64,000 bases of DNA from Paramecium tetraurelia (Eukaryota): assembly GCA_000165425.1 (NCBI GenBank), contig CT868053.1, positions 1 to 64,000 on the forward strand, given 5' to 3'. Under the pieces are notes generated by a model that saw nothing but the letters and a program-made list of their open reading frames with translations, did not search any database and was not told where the DNA came from. The position numbers and the translations under genes are program-made. Positions 26,617 through 41,687 of the stretch are shown in pieces. Position 1 is the stretch's first letter; each line of letters begins with the position of its first letter.

Positions 26617-29093
26617 ATGTCTGTAAGAATCAAATACACTAGCATAATAGAAGCTACGACTGGATTGAAATCGTTGAGTTTATCAAAAAAGAACATATTA
26701 GCTTTAGGGAGTGGTGAAGAAGAAGATTGGTTGCTATTAAATGAAGTGGATGCACAATTTAATTTGCATCCTATATAAATTGGCAAAATGGAAAAGAGAA
26801 TGATCTCTCAATTAACATGGTCTCCATCAGGACTCTATTTGGCAACAAGTAATGATAAATTGATTGTTTGGTAATTCAATGGCGGCAATTTGTCTATATA
26901 TCGAACCTATTAAGGACATAAATTGGAAATTACTGCATTGTGTTGGTCCCCTGATGATTAAAGAATAGCCACGGCCTCATTAGATGGAAACATCTTTATT
27001 TATCATATTAAATAGGATGGAATTCAACATAAAATAGATTGCGGTTAAAAAACAGTTGGCATATGTTGGGATCCCTTTGACAAATACATTGTTTCCTTGA
27101 AATTTGACAATACAGTATTCACTTATTTTATAAAAGGTCAATTTTTATAAACTTGATAATTGGAAACAAGAAATCACAGTTTCCCTCCAAATACAAGGCA
27201 AACAATGCACAACCAAAAGAGAAGATAGGAAATTAGATTGGAGTGTAGATTGCAGATATTTGGCAGTTCCAAATTTAGATGATAAAGTATGGATTACTTT
27301 TAGTTTTAGACCATTCCAACAGTGGCTATCTTGGATAGAAACCAGAATTTTTAAGTTGTAAGAACTATAGTTGGTCCATTCTCATCAATCAATGTTGTTA
27401 GATTTTCACCAATGTTATTTAAGAATTCTAATTCTAATGACTATTTTAGTGTCTTTGCTATTGGAGATAATGATGGTAATATCAGTTTATGGTAAATAAA
27501 TGAGAATCAAGTTGATGAACAACCATTTCTCTTAGTGAAGGGTCATAAGAAGGCAGGAGAACTAATAGAGGATATTACATGGAATCAATAGGGAACTGTT
27601 TTAATGGCTACAACCTCCAAAAAATATATAATTGTTGTTGATTTTCAAATGAGTTTAGGTTAAGTGTTGACTGAAAATGAGAAATAGTAAGCAATTAAAA
27701 GTCTTTATGGGGATCTTAAAAACACTATCAAATAAATTCGGTTTTATTAACCAAAAATTAATAATGATAATATCAAATTCGCAGATATGCAGTTGGAAAA
27801 AATTAATGTGTAAGATGAATTGAAAAATCAAATTCCTGATAGCACAATCCAATAAAGGGAAATTCCTAAATAAACCCAAACCTAATTTAAGTAGGTTATT
27901 GTAGATGGCAAAAAAAAATTAATTCCTCTTGATGTGAATTCATCAGAACCAGTTATCAAGAAGGTTGAATAACAGTAACCATTGCTTGTTATTTCATAAT
28001 ATGAAGTATTACCTAAGAGTTACTCGTTTTAAATGAATAATAAAACTCTCCTATTGGAAGTTCAAAAATAATAGTAAAGAATATTCAATTAAGCTGTCTA
28101 TGGAACTTTAATTAGATGTATTGAAAATAACACGCCAAAATGGATTGATTATGTAGAGGGTTAAGTAAAGACCATTCAATATAATGATGACCTTATTATC
28201 ATATATACTGACTAAGCTTTACTTTACATTGAGAATCATAAAGGAATGAGATAGGAAGCGCCATTTATCTTGCCTTTCTTAAGTTAGATTGTTCTTAGTC
28301 CCAAAAATCATATCTTATGTCTTCAAAACACTGGAGAATTTAAAGTCATCAATTTAAATTCAAAAACTATTTCTTATGAAGGAGACATCAAAATCCTTAT
28401 GTAATATGTCTATGAATGGATGGATAAGAAGTAATTGTTGAATGATGATGAGAAGAAAGGCAAATAAAGCATTGACCCATTAATAAAAGCAAATCTGAAG
28501 ATTGATACTGAAGGATACCCATTAGTTGAATTTCTATTTAAGGATTATTGTGTTTACACTTATCATAAGTAATTGAGATAATGGATCAAAACTAAATAAA
28601 TTGATGTGAAGTATTCATTATTTATATTAAATAGCAATCAAAATTAGGATATCAAGAATTTAAAGAAATTTAATTTTAATTAATACTAAACTCCTCCTTA
28701 TAATGACGCTTAGATATATAAAAGATTAATTTAAAAGACCACTATTGAAGATGCAATAAATGATATTTAATAAATATCGAAATTGGAAGAACAATTAAAA
28801 ATATTTTGGTCAGATGGAGATATTAAAACGTATGAGAAAGCATTATATACTTATATTAAGAAAGTAATTTGAGAATTTAAACTAAATAGTTATGCGATAC
28901 TTGGCCAAATAATCAAGAGAAATTGTCAAATATTATTGAAACAATGATTACTAACCAAAATTCAGCTGAGTACAAATATTTGAAAGAACGAGTTTAGGAT
29001 ATGGAAGAACTAAAGAAAAAAATAATTTATATCCTACAGCAATTTCCATAAACTAGAGATTTAATATTGTGTCTTTTTCCAGATCATTTCTGA
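26617..29093 (+). CDS. HIRA: HIRA/Hir1 histone chaperone
   Basis: WD40 with WSPSGLYLAT, GHKLEITALCWSPDD, WDPFDKY, VVRFSP; B-domain-like VDGKKKLIPL; C-terminal Hira-like KWIDYV...GMRQEAPFIL; about four introns. Confidence 0.85.
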
Positions 29094-29119
29094 GTATATA
29101 TAAATTATATAGATAAATA

Positions 29120-29812
29120 TCATTATTAAAGCAATTTGTAGTGCAAAAGATCCTTTTAGATTAACATGAGTTGATTCAAACAGTTTTCATTCCTTGAATA
29201 ATAACTGTGCAATCTATCTAATTCTTACTCGAAATTGGTCATCTTTGGTCTAATTTTGTATGGATACTAAAGTGCAACCCTTTCCCATTCATTCTATTCC
29301 AATCGAGCACAATTTGATTAATTAAATTTAAAGATAGAGAGGTTCATTAATGCCTTATTTTCGATATCAGGATTGATTTTTTTTAATTCTTATTATATTT
29401 ACTTAAGATCCATTTGCATTTGCTTTGAAGATTGGAGACTATTATTTCTTTCTCTCTAAAGTGATGGATGAGAATTCTACATGGATTTTGTCTGACGAAC
29501 CACACTCAATTATTATTTCCTTTTGGTTTGATTAAGCTCTCCTAACAATCGTTTTGCTTTATCACTTTTTAAGGAGTCCAGTTTATACAACTTAATTAGG
29601 GTCTTTTCATAATTGACCTGATTCTTCTGCAGATAGGCCCTGATCTTATTATCAACCTGATCAAACAATTAATTTTAATAAGCAAAATCCTTCACCTTGC
29701 TACTCATACTCCTTTTCTCTCTTATATAAGGTTGAATAGATTTTCGAGGAGTTAATGTTTCATCCAATACATCAATTGTATTTGATGAAATCTTAGGAGA
29801 ACCATACTTCAT
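29120..29812 (-). CDS. Hypothetical protein, ~230 aa
   Basis: MKYGSPKISSNTIDVLD...LHYKLLQQ*; 693 nt. Confidence 0.55.
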
Positions 29813-29840
29813 TTAATTATATATTTAATATACACATAAT

Positions 29841-32657
29841 TCATTACTATTATTATTATTTCTTAACTTATTTTATAAATTTATCTTTCTGTTTTTATTA
29901 CTTATACTTCCTCTTTCCCTCTTCTAAATGTTACTTCTATCCTTTAATCTAAGCTTCCTTGACCTTCTACTTTTGAATGTCCTTCTATTCTCTCTTTTTC
30001 TCCTTCTCATTCTTTATGGTATTCAATCGCTAAATCAAAGAATAAACTTCCTTCTCCTTGTCTGTCATATTGCTCTTGACAGGTAAATTCTTTTCCACTT
30101 ATTATCTCAATCTCTCTCTGAAGGACAGCGACTTAACCTAAACCATAATATATTTAATTACCTTCTCTTTGCTTTCAAAAGGTAGATTCTATTATAAATT
30201 ATTTGGTATTCTCAAAGGAGCAAATTTCACAGGAACTCTTTCCTGATCTTGATAAGTAGAATCTGGTTTGAATTCTAGAGGAATCTACTTCTCTTGCCTT
30301 AATTCCCACATAGTCTTCATCAATTTCACATTGTTTGTGATGAGTCTATAGAATCTCTCTATATGCATTCTGACCCAGGTTCTGCAGAAGACTAAATCAC
30401 TCATTTGGATCTTGTCTTCGAACGTAGCTCTGAAACTACCATCAGGACCTAATTTGCTTGGTTTTTTAATGTGTCCTCTTAAACCAGACACAGTTTTAAT
30501 CAGACCACCTTAGAATTTGGCTACTTCGAGAGAAGAATTGAACATTCCTTTAATGAATGCAGTATTTTTAATGACTTTAAAAGGTTCTCCTACCAACTTT
30601 AACTTTTTCATCACATCAAATTAATGATTCATCTCTAACACTACTCCAGTGGCAGCAACTCTAAATTTAGACTATATAATTGATATATTATTTTAATACC
30701 AATTTGTTGCTTAAAGATTGTGTACAAACGAGGCCTGTGCCCTGGGGTGCAAAATTACCATAAAATATGGCATAACAATAGTCGTATTCTGGAGTGTACT
30801 TGACAAAGCGTAATCTGTCATTAGGATCTTGTACACAATATATAGGGATTGTTTAAAATCTCCTCCATCCAAGAGAGATGATGATAGGATCATTTGATTT
30901 CAAGATGTTGCTATGCCATCTATGTTTTTTAATCCGAATCTAAAATATATGACAAAATATACCTTGATAAATCCTAAATTATCTTCACCAACTTCAGACC
31001 TAGCAAGAATCATAGGATATTCGTCTTTAATAGAAGAAGAGAAATCTTTAATAACTATTTTGACATAAGTGCCTTTTTTATACAATCCAAGATTGGAATT
31101 AGTTAATTAATTAACTAGTTATTATCTTTCTTGTTGTTTTTCCTTTGAATTTTAGTTTTCATCTTTTTAATTTTAATTATTATCTTTATTTTCTTATTCT
31201 TATTCTTTATCTTCTTATTCTTCCTCTTCCATTTATTTTTCTAGGTTTTCCAAATCCACAACATCAGTTTATCCATAAAAACCTGTCACAAATAGTTCTT
31301 TAATTTCCCTGTATGATTTTCTTTCTTAAACCTTAGGTATGTATCTTACACTATCAAACTCATTAATACCATTCTTATTCTAATATATTAATTCATGTAA
31401 ATCAGTAGCCAAAAGAGTATCTGTTATAGGCATGACAGTTCCATTCTCAATTTTGATATTAACTCTATTCTTTAGTCTAACTAAATCTCTTTGTTATTAA
31501 ATCTATTATTAATTATTTTTCTTCTTGATAGGTTTGTCTTCTTCCAACTCAAATCCCTCCAACAATTACACATCTTCTTCTTCCTCTAATTATTTATCAA
31601 TTCCTTCAGTCATTTGTTGCAATTCTCTAACCATTCTGACTCCTTCAGGTAATTCCTATTCTTATTCTTATTCTTCCATTTCCTCATCATCTTGCTCCTC
31701 ATTATTAACAAACTTGTTTTTTTCTGTAAATATTGGTTATGGAATTGTAATGTATCCTGCTGTGGCATCAATAGCTAGAGCACCAACACTGGACATTGGA
31801 GCATAAACCAATTTCTCAGTATCCTTCAATGATCGATGCTTTTTCTAAGCAGTTATGATCTCAACTGGATCCAGAACTTCTTCAAAACTATCAATATAGT
31901 AATCTCCTTAACCTACAAAATGAATTCTGTCATTTAATCGATAAGTGCATCCTCTAACATATCCATAAAAGGTTGTAGTATTATCCTTACCCTATTCGTA
32001 ACGATCTGCCAATACAAATGGATGTTCTGTTTTCCATCTTACTGGAGCAATCTTAATGATCGATATGAACCTTGCCAAATTGTGGATATCTTATTTCAAA
32101 TAGTATTCATTTTTCAAGGCTTACAAATAGAACAATTTGTAATTGCCACCAGTTTCATATTCAAATCTCTTTTTATACTTCTTTCTTGTTTTCCTTAGTT
32201 ACTTGTTGTCTTTGAAGAAATCAATGTGTGTCAAAACCCCCATAACATTTGGAAAACCATGATTATTCAACAAACTTAAGTACTCAAAAGTTTCCATCTC
32301 AAATCCTATACTAGCATCAATCATTATCAATGCTAAATCAGCTACCTTACTTAAATCGCTCATTGCATTGATATCACTAGGACACTCAACAAATGTAACT
32401 CTATGTTATTTATTTGAACGAACTGTTACTGGACCTACTAATTTCTTAATCTTCTATCCTGTGTAGTGTTTGACAAGAGATTTTATCAATGTAGTTTTGC
32501 CACTCCCTTTAGGTCCTTATACAACAACTAACAAAGGAGCTTATGATTCTGCTTCTTCATTGGCTTACAATTATTCAGCATAGAAGTCCTTTTGTTATTT
32601 TTAATGAGGCTTAATTATCGGAGCTTGTTTCACTTGTTCTTCTTCAGAATCAGACAT
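29841..32657 (-). CDS. BMS1: Ribosome biogenesis GTPase BMS1
   Basis: [71 protein letters not shown]; three introns. Confidence 0.96.
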
Positions 32658-32681
32658 TAAAATTTATATATTTAAATTGTG

Positions 32682-33212
32682 ATGAGTCAATAACAAGAAG
32701 AACAAAAAGCTATCCCTCTTGACAAATTGACCCCTCAATAATTGCTGTAGATTAAAAAGCAAATAGAGGAGGTATAACCTTATTATATAAAATAGGAAGT
32801 CCAATAGCTCAGTTAATCATTATCTTAATTCCGAATTGCAAATGCCAAGTATGATGAAAGCAAAGTCATCTTAAAGAGATTAGATTAAACTCCTAAAGAT
32901 AATGATCTATTAGTCCCTATTACTGCATCACTCTATGTACCAGGTACATATTAAATAACATAATGAGGAAGATTGATTAACCCTTAATCAGTTATGATAG
33001 ATTACGGAACAGGATATTTTGTTGAGCGCAATATTGAGCAAGGATAACATTTCTGTGATAGAAAATTACAATTGTTGAAAGAATCATAAGATAAATTGAG
33101 TAATATCATCAATTAGAAAAAGTAATTCATGGATAAATTGAATATTGAATTATAGAAAAGAATGTTGCAAGTGTAATAAAACTAATAGCAATAATAATAA
33201 CAAAAGAAATGA
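32682..33212 (+). CDS. PFDN5: Prefoldin subunit 5 (alpha type)
   Basis: LLVPITASLYVPGRL, VMIDYGTGYFVE, FCDRK; two introns. Confidence 0.93.
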
Positions 33213-33268
33213 ATGATAATGAATTATTTTTAAAATAAAAATCAATATTTAATATATTTAACCTAATC

Positions 33269-34719
33269 TCAATTGTCATAATAATTATTGTTTCTCCTAA
33301 AGTTTTATCTTTTCCGATTGTTATAATTGTTTTTATCTAAAATTATATGTATAAAAATTAGATATACTGTATTATTTTTTTTTTCTAGGGTTACTATCAC
33401 TCCTGCTCCGTGATGACTATTAATCATAATAAACTGATTACTGATGATGATGAGCTGCTACTACTAGAACTACTAGAGTCTCTTGTTATTTGTGCATATA
33501 AAGTGCTTTTATAAGGAATTCTTTGAAATGAGACCACATTTTGATCTGGTATTCTATATTCGCAAATTGTCTTTTCTTCAGGAATTTCAATTTACCCAGG
33601 AGGCTTCAAATGCTTGATAAATTGATCAGATGTGTAGACTATGCAATAAGAGTTGGAGGATTCCTCCTAACTAATATTAGAGAAGGTTATTTACTTAACT
33701 AATAATTCATATAATCCAATGATATCCCCATATTATTGGAAGACGTTCAATAATTTATTTGTATTGATAGGGTGTTATGTTTTGATGAATAATTAATATT
33801 ATTTGAGAATATCTGAAAAGGAATCCGTCTTCTTTTTCTTCTAGCATATTAGACATGGAACATTCTTAATTTTTAATTGCACATTCTTTTACAACATTTC
33901 CAACTGCACTTCCAAATATTCAAAAATATGATCTTACTATTTTTCACTCTTGAATGTTCCTTCTGGTAATTACTATAATTTCAATCTATTTTTAATATCC
34001 ATCAAACACTCCTATAAATTGAATTCTAATGGGATCCCAAAGATATAAATTGTTTCCTTAGGAACTAATACATCACTCAACTCATTACTTGATATTTGCA
34101 CAGGCTAGAGATCCACAATAGGAGGAGCAATTTACTTCTGTTGTGGGATCACTTGTAGATTCAAGACTATCGCATTCTCTTTCTTCTTCTTCTCCGATTT
34201 CTCTGATTTTGATGATTCCTAACTACTCGATCGATCCCTCTTTTTATCTCCGAATCTCTACTATCTCAATTTCTCTTCTAATGCTGATTTATCTACTTCT
34301 CCCTTTTCCTAACACCCCAATAAACATTATTCAGTACCCTAAGCATCATCAAAAATATATCGCTAATCTATGGAATGATCTTCTTTTCACTTTAATGTTT
34401 TGACACCAAATTGATATGCTTCTTCCCAATGTATATCAATTTGGCATCATTGTCGTATCGCATCCCTATCGCTATATCAATAGTCCGTTCATTTTGATTC
34501 TTATCTGTTATTTAAATCACTTCGCAAGGACCCTACTCATCATTATTATCTTACCGCCTTCTACACTCTATCTTTCACAAAATTTAGAAACTGATCCTCC
34601 GTTTGATTCCCCATGTAAAGATTCTTCACAAAGAAATGTATTTTGATTTCAGAACACTTGCTATAATGTCTTTTATCTAAGACATTTTAAAATCTTCTAG
34701 GCGATTGATTTCGACTCAT
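33269..34719 (-). CDS. Putative RNA-binding protein (degenerate RRM-like domains, Ser/Arg-rich tail)
   Basis: HFFVKNL and TIYIFGIP RNP2-like strands; poly-Ser and SRSRS near the C-terminus; about four introns. Confidence 0.5.
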
Positions 34720-34746
34720 CAATTTATAAAAATATATTAAATATAA

Positions 34747-37447
34747 TCAATTCTTTTTTTTTATATTTTATGTCCCAAACGTTTATGTAGGCTTCCTCTT
34801 CTCACCTATATCGAAAATGCTGCTTTATTTCTTATTGGCAGATTTTGCAAAAGGATTAAATTCATCATCTTCCTATTGAGTTTCGACTCTTTAAGATTGC
34901 ACTTAGTATTATTAAATGTGCTATTGTTATTATTGATGTTGTTGCTGCTGCTGCTCTCTATGTTCTAAAATGGATTTTATTTAGTTCATATTCACTTAAT
35001 CATTTTACTTCTACAGACCGAATCCTTATCTTTTTGGAGATTAAGGCTTTTTGTCAATACCGAAATTCTACTATTGCTTTATTATTTATTACTAAACATA
35101 TAATCAAACGAATTACTCTTTATAACAATTTGATATGGGTCAACAGCTTTTACAATTCCTTATTGTTTGTCGACTTTTCTTTCTGTAACTCCAACAAACT
35201 AATGATAGAATTCATATCATATTCATCTTTAATATGACATCTAAAGAATTCAATAGCTTTGTCCTTGGATTCATTTAAAATCTACTTAAATAAATCAACT
35301 CGGAACTTACGTAATAACTTTTGTGTCTCCTCCATCTTGTTAGAATCGTAAAGGTTTTGAGTATACCTGAGAAGGATGTCATTTTATTTATCATCATTTC
35401 TAGCATAATAGTACTTACCAAATTCATTCCATCTATATAATTCATGATTTAAGATGATCAATTAGGTTAGAAATTGTCTATAATTAGCTATCAATTTCTC
35501 ATCTTAAGAGAAACATACAAATTGTTACTCAAAACTCTATTAAATCATCTCCTATTTCATTGAAGCCAATGGCTAATCTGTCTTTAATAAGCATAACTTG
35601 TAATCTTGGATTCCGTAAAGCCAATACCTTGAATTGTGATAGACTTCTATCCATTTATTATTTTGATAGATTCTTATCGATCCTTTAGAATCTTGGATGC
35701 TCAATAGTCCTTCATCAGAATATCCAATCCAAGAAAGTGAGGAAAAAGGAGTAAGGAATATATCGAATTCCTCTATTTATTTCTATAAATCTATATCATA
35801 GATTCTCCCTCTTAGAACCTATTAATTCAGCATTGGAGAAGTATCATGAAATACAAGGCATAATAAATGTTCATATGAGCACATCGACACAATTGCCCTA
35901 TTTGTATTAAATTCTAAAATTTCTAATCCGCAAAATGAAATGACTCTACAAATTGCATGATCACTCATAATTGCTAACCAATCATTTCCAATTGTCACAA
36001 GTTCAACTCCTTCCTCTTCTGGCAATGAAAATTCGAAATCATCTACATCACCTATAAATTATTAGAAATACACAATTGACTTTCCATCTCCTACTAAATA
36101 CCCTTATTCATCCAAATCATTTGGTCCTTTTGAGGCTAATACACATCCTCTATAATTTAATGTACCAATAGCATATCTTTATGAATTACTTATCTTAAAC
36201 TTTTTATAAAATGTTGAATCAAAGAATTCAAATTCAATCATATTAGTATTCTTACACAATATTATTGTCCCAACCGTATTGTAACATAAATATTATCTTC
36301 CTCTCGATGGTAATGTTTCACCTGGTCTCAAAACATCCTACATTCCTGAATCCATATTCTACTTTTATTTTTTCTCCATCTCATTTCCTCCTATGAATCC
36401 ATTTAAATCATCGATGTTCTCCTCAACATTTTCATCTCCCAATTATTCCTCTTCTATCCTCTAATTATTCTATTTCTTGACTTTCTAATTCAACAAATCT
36501 CTGAATGCTATGTTCTTATCTTTGTATATTGACTCCACTTCTTATTAAGGAGGATCTAAAGTAGTTTCAATTATATTCCCATTACAATCAAATAAATAGA
36601 ACAAATTTTAGATTATTTTCATATACAATGGTGTGCATTTAATATTAAAATACCAATGCAATGATAAATCAGTAAACGATTTGAAATTCCATAGTTTTAT
36701 TTCACCATCCAATGAGCAAGAACCCACACAATTATTATGTATCCATCTTATTATACAAATCTCACTCTAATGCAAAATTTAATATTGCTACTATAAATCT
36801 TAAGGTTCATCCTAAGTGATGATATATTAAGCATTTATTTTTCCAGCGATCCAAAATGAATTGCCTGAAGGATGGAAATCTGATTACAATTTTTAGAATG
36901 CATCTGGAGATACTTATTTACTTATTGTATATCTCTGCAATAATTAAGGTACTTGTGATAACTAATACACTATCAAACAGCCATCACAACCTATACTACA
37001 AACAAATCTGTCTTTCGGATCGAATGCACAACTTAATATCATACCATCATGTCCAGGTTTACATTTTGATATTTTTGTATCTCTATTCAATATTAATGAA
37101 TTCTCCTCAGAAGCTATTCCCATTATTTTACCATTCTTATTGTATTTTATTTCTATTGCCTTTCCTGTTAAAGTGACGATCAAAGACGGTGCTGTCATTT
37201 GGATATCATCATATGTATCTACTCTCATATCTCCTATTGCAAAGACTTGCGAATTTAAGGGATGAATTGCCAAAGCCAACATATTTGACTCAAGTACAGT
37301 TTCCGCGGTTTTTTTATGCTCAATTAAATCATACTCCCTCAAACACTAATTCCATGCCACCAATGCTTTATTTCCACTGATGTCAAAGCCACATTTCCCT
37401 TTTCCCTCCGTAATTGTTGTAGTCTTGAACTCTTTTGCACTTAACAT
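34747..37447 (-). CDS. WDHD1: Ctf4/Mcl1/WDHD1 (AND-1) replisome hub, ~891 aa
   Basis: N-terminal WD40, SepB-like LRPGETLP..RQYLCYNTVG..IEFEFFD, LSWIGYSDEG, C-terminal NPFAK; one 25-nt intron. Confidence 0.88.
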
Positions 37448-37579
37448 ATAAAATTAGTTGAATTATTTTAAAATAAATATGAATTATTAATCTCAACTAA
37501 GAGAACTTGTGCATTATCATTAAAATTAAATGAGTGTACTCATATTTCAAGTAATTAAATATCATTTGTAAATAAATCA

Positions 37580-38026
37580 TCAATCAAGTGACTTTTAACC
37601 ATATTTGATAACTTACTTTCTTACATAGTTCATAAAATCACCATTTTCTGAATATTCTGGTGTTAGTATTTTATTCTCTCTTCTCCAATCTAATATCGGT
37701 GGCAAATCAGCTACTCTACTTATTGAAACAAATGAACATTTGTTGTTCGAACAAGATAAAGCTTTCTAATTGAATCTAGCTTTCTTATCATTAAATTGAT
37801 AATCCCTCCTTACAAATCTTTCAGTGCACTATATTTAATGGATGTTTTATAAATCATTGAATTCATTCAGATGTTTCTATTTGCTTTTCCTAACCTGTTC
37901 AAGTATTTATTATTTTATTTGATATCTATGGTCTCCATTATATCTTCTATTCTTTAATGGTGCTAATATAACTGGTTTTTTCTAGGTTGTTTCAAGGCCT
38001 CCTTATAACAATTAAAAAGTTATCAT
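37580..38026 (-). CDS. Hypothetical protein, 148 aa
   Basis: Intronless ORF MITFQLLQGGLETTQKK...QKSLD*. Confidence 0.5.
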
Positions 38027-39487
38027 TTATAAACATTAATGAATAAATTTATTTAGATTATTCTGAACAAGCTACGATTAAAAATCATAAAATAAGGGGG
38101 ATTTGGAACATTGATAATTAAATTAATTGGATTTTAATTAATACCAAATATATTTTAGTTTTTATTGGTATGCTAGTGCTTATTTATCTATTGTAACTCT
38201 GAATAGCTAATTTTTAAGAAAAAATTAAAAAGGTATTCACTAAGGATATTTGAAAAAACTGTATAAATTCAGAAATATATTGTATCTTTGAAATTTGCAT
38301 TTTATGTTTAAGTATTTTATTTAAAAATATTTCTGATAACAGAGATACCTAAATCTCAATTACCAAGATAATTTAAATTACATATCTTTTTTATTTTAGC
38401 TTGAATCCTTATTGTATAATTAAAATTTATATGTTCAATAATTACATTACATTTTTTTAATTAAAAATTAGAAATACATAGTTTAAATAAATAAACTATT
38501 GAATTAGTGTAAGGTTGAAAAAGATAGAGAAGTCTTCAAATAAATGTAAGATTACTTAGGATTTCTTAAATCAATACAATAAGATAAAAAAAATAAAGTA
38601 GTTAATACATGATTTTAATATTAAAAAGATGTATAGAAATGGACGATAATTGCTACTTTTGGATTATGAATATATTCAAAGATCATATTCAGAATCCAAC
38701 ATAAATTATTTAAGGAAATTTTTAAATTGAATTCTACTCTGAAGACAGACTTGGGTCAAACTCTTGTAGTTACTTCTTAGAATGATTATTATATAATTCA
38801 ATGATATCAAGAATTACACCCCACCTAAATATAATTATCAGTTTTCTATTTACTTCAGCTCATTTTCAAAAATAAGAATTTGCATTTTTTCTTCGAAAAT
38901 TCTATTTTGGATGAAGCCACTTTCACTCACCTTTCAAAAAATCCAAAAGGCTGGTATATAAAGGAGGATTGAAGATATCAGTAATAATTTAATTAAAAAG
39001 CCTTTGTATGTGTTTGGGTGTATTGGTTAGAGTGGATATAGTTGTCACCAAATTGTTTTGTCCAAGTAAATTAGTACAATCGCACAGTATTTCATTCAAC
39101 ATTTTTAGAGTTTTATTATAATTAAAAGCGTCTAATAATTACATTTTTACTCATAGCAATATTTTGATTTTACCTCAGTTCTCCGAAATTATATTAAATA
39201 GATAGATTGTAGAATTATTTGAAGTAGAATATTTCTAAAGCAGATAAAAATAGGAAGCTGTAATGTAGAAATTAATTCATAATGATTAAAAATGAAATCA
39301 TAAGGTTGATAAATTAAATTGAAAAATGAGTAGTTATATATAAAAATTTGGAATATTGAAGCAAGTGATTTTATTTAACTATGTAGTGAATTAATTAAAA
39401 TTGATTGGATAATTTAAGATAAGATAAGAAAATTAGCTATGAATGATTGATTATAATAGATATCTCTAATAACATAATTACTAATAT

Positions 39488-40316
39488 TCAAATAGGTAAA
39501 AATTTATTGGTATTTGAACAATATTGGATAAATTGATCTCCTCTTTTTTTCTTCATCAATCTTTCTGTTAATGGTACTGTCAAACCGGCCATTACATAAT
39601 ATAAAACTAATGGACTGATCAAAGCTAAGCAATCATGTCTTGATTTAATGCTAGCAATGGCAATAGTTGTCCAAGTCATTAAATCAAAAAATAAATTTGG
39701 ATGTCTGCTCTTTTTCCATAAGCCATCCTGACATATTGAGTTTTGAGGCTTATTCTTTGAATCTTTGAATTGTTATAATTGATGGTCTATCAAATATTTT
39801 ATTAATCAATACCTGCTAAACCTTCAAAATATATCCAGAATATTGATGTTCCTAAAATTGCCAATTAAAATGGATTCAATTAATTCTTAAATAAAAAGTA
39901 CAACGAAGAGCTTGTCACAAAAACTATGAATCCTTGGAAAATGTATTGGCAAAATACAACAACATCTCTTTTTAAAGTCTCTTTTTTATATTTTTAGAAA
40001 ATGACATCATATCTAGGATCTCTAAATCCTCTCATTATTCTATAATAGAACAAAAATCCTGCTAATCTGGCAGTCCACAGAGCAAGCAATCCCAATTTAA
40101 ACTATAAATTATTTAAATACTTACTTTGCTCTCAAAAGAGGAAAGTCCAAAATGATAGGCATAGATAGATCCTGCAACTAAATGACTCACTGTGTATGCT
40201 ACATCAACAATACACTCATTATTCTTTAAAATCTTATATAAAGAGTAGAATGCTATTTGATTTATTAAAATTCCTGGCAATACTTTTTTTAAGCCAATCT
40301 CGATTAATTCCTACAT
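39488..40316 (-). CDS. DUF1295 / steroid 5-alpha reductase-like membrane protein
   Basis: IVDVAY, LWTARLAGFLFYYR..FRDPRY, ADHQL, GLWKKSRHPNLFFD, LTERL; two introns. Confidence 0.9.
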
Positions 40317-40407
40317 ATTTTAATTATTTATGTAAATTAAAGAATTTAATATTATTAAAAAATAGTTAAAAAACTTTCAAATATTTGTCATTGTTTATAG
40401 ATATGAA

Positions 40408-40830
<423 letters not shown>

Positions 40831-41687
40831 TTTTTATTAATATTATTATTTGTCTTCTTAATAATTTGACTAGCCTTTATATTATAAATAAGATATTGAT
40901 TAAATGATGAATAAAAGGCATATAATTTTATTTTTATTTTTTAATTTCATAAATAAATAGAATTATTTCCTTAATTCAGCTCAATTTCATACAATAGCCC
41001 TTTTATTATACTTGTATCATATGCATTTTAGAATAAAGGCTAGATACTCTAAATGAACTTCCTTCATAAACAAATTGCGATCAAGTATTGATTTTTTTCA
41101 ATTAAATATTTATTTTCTTGACTTGTATATTTCCATTTTAGAATTTGTATCCTCAAAAAAAGATGAACAATAACTTTAGTTCTTTTACTCCAACAAAGCT
41201 CATTAGAGAGCTTATATTCTAAATTGAATTAATTTTTTGTATTTCTAGACGAATCTATCATTGTCACTCCTATCAAATTTAAATGCATCATAAAAAAGAA
41301 CAGGAATCTAAATTGAAATATCCGATATTTTCTTCCAAGATGGATTGCAGATTTATACAAAATCTCAAATGAATGAAATGACCAGAGATAACAGAAATAA
41401 AGGATTTCCTTATTATCTTTATGTAAAAACTAGTAATTTAGTTTTAATCTACAAAATTTGATTTTAATTCCATCAATCTTTCACATTAAGACATGTATTC
41501 TTAATAGATTATTTCACTTAGACATTTCATATTTTAAATTCTTATTAATCCTTTATATTGATTCCCTCTGTTTATGATAAGATAAATGGTTAACTATAAA
41601 AGATAGGTGATTATGATCACAATTCATTAAGGTAAGACTATTGTGATTAGATAGTAATTGACTGATTATAATTATAAATAAAAATTA

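Noticed and set aside
38540..39330. In-frame TGAs as selenocysteine or stop readthrough
   Set aside because: There is no redox motif or visible SECIS, and frame breaks also occur; decay is the simpler explanation.
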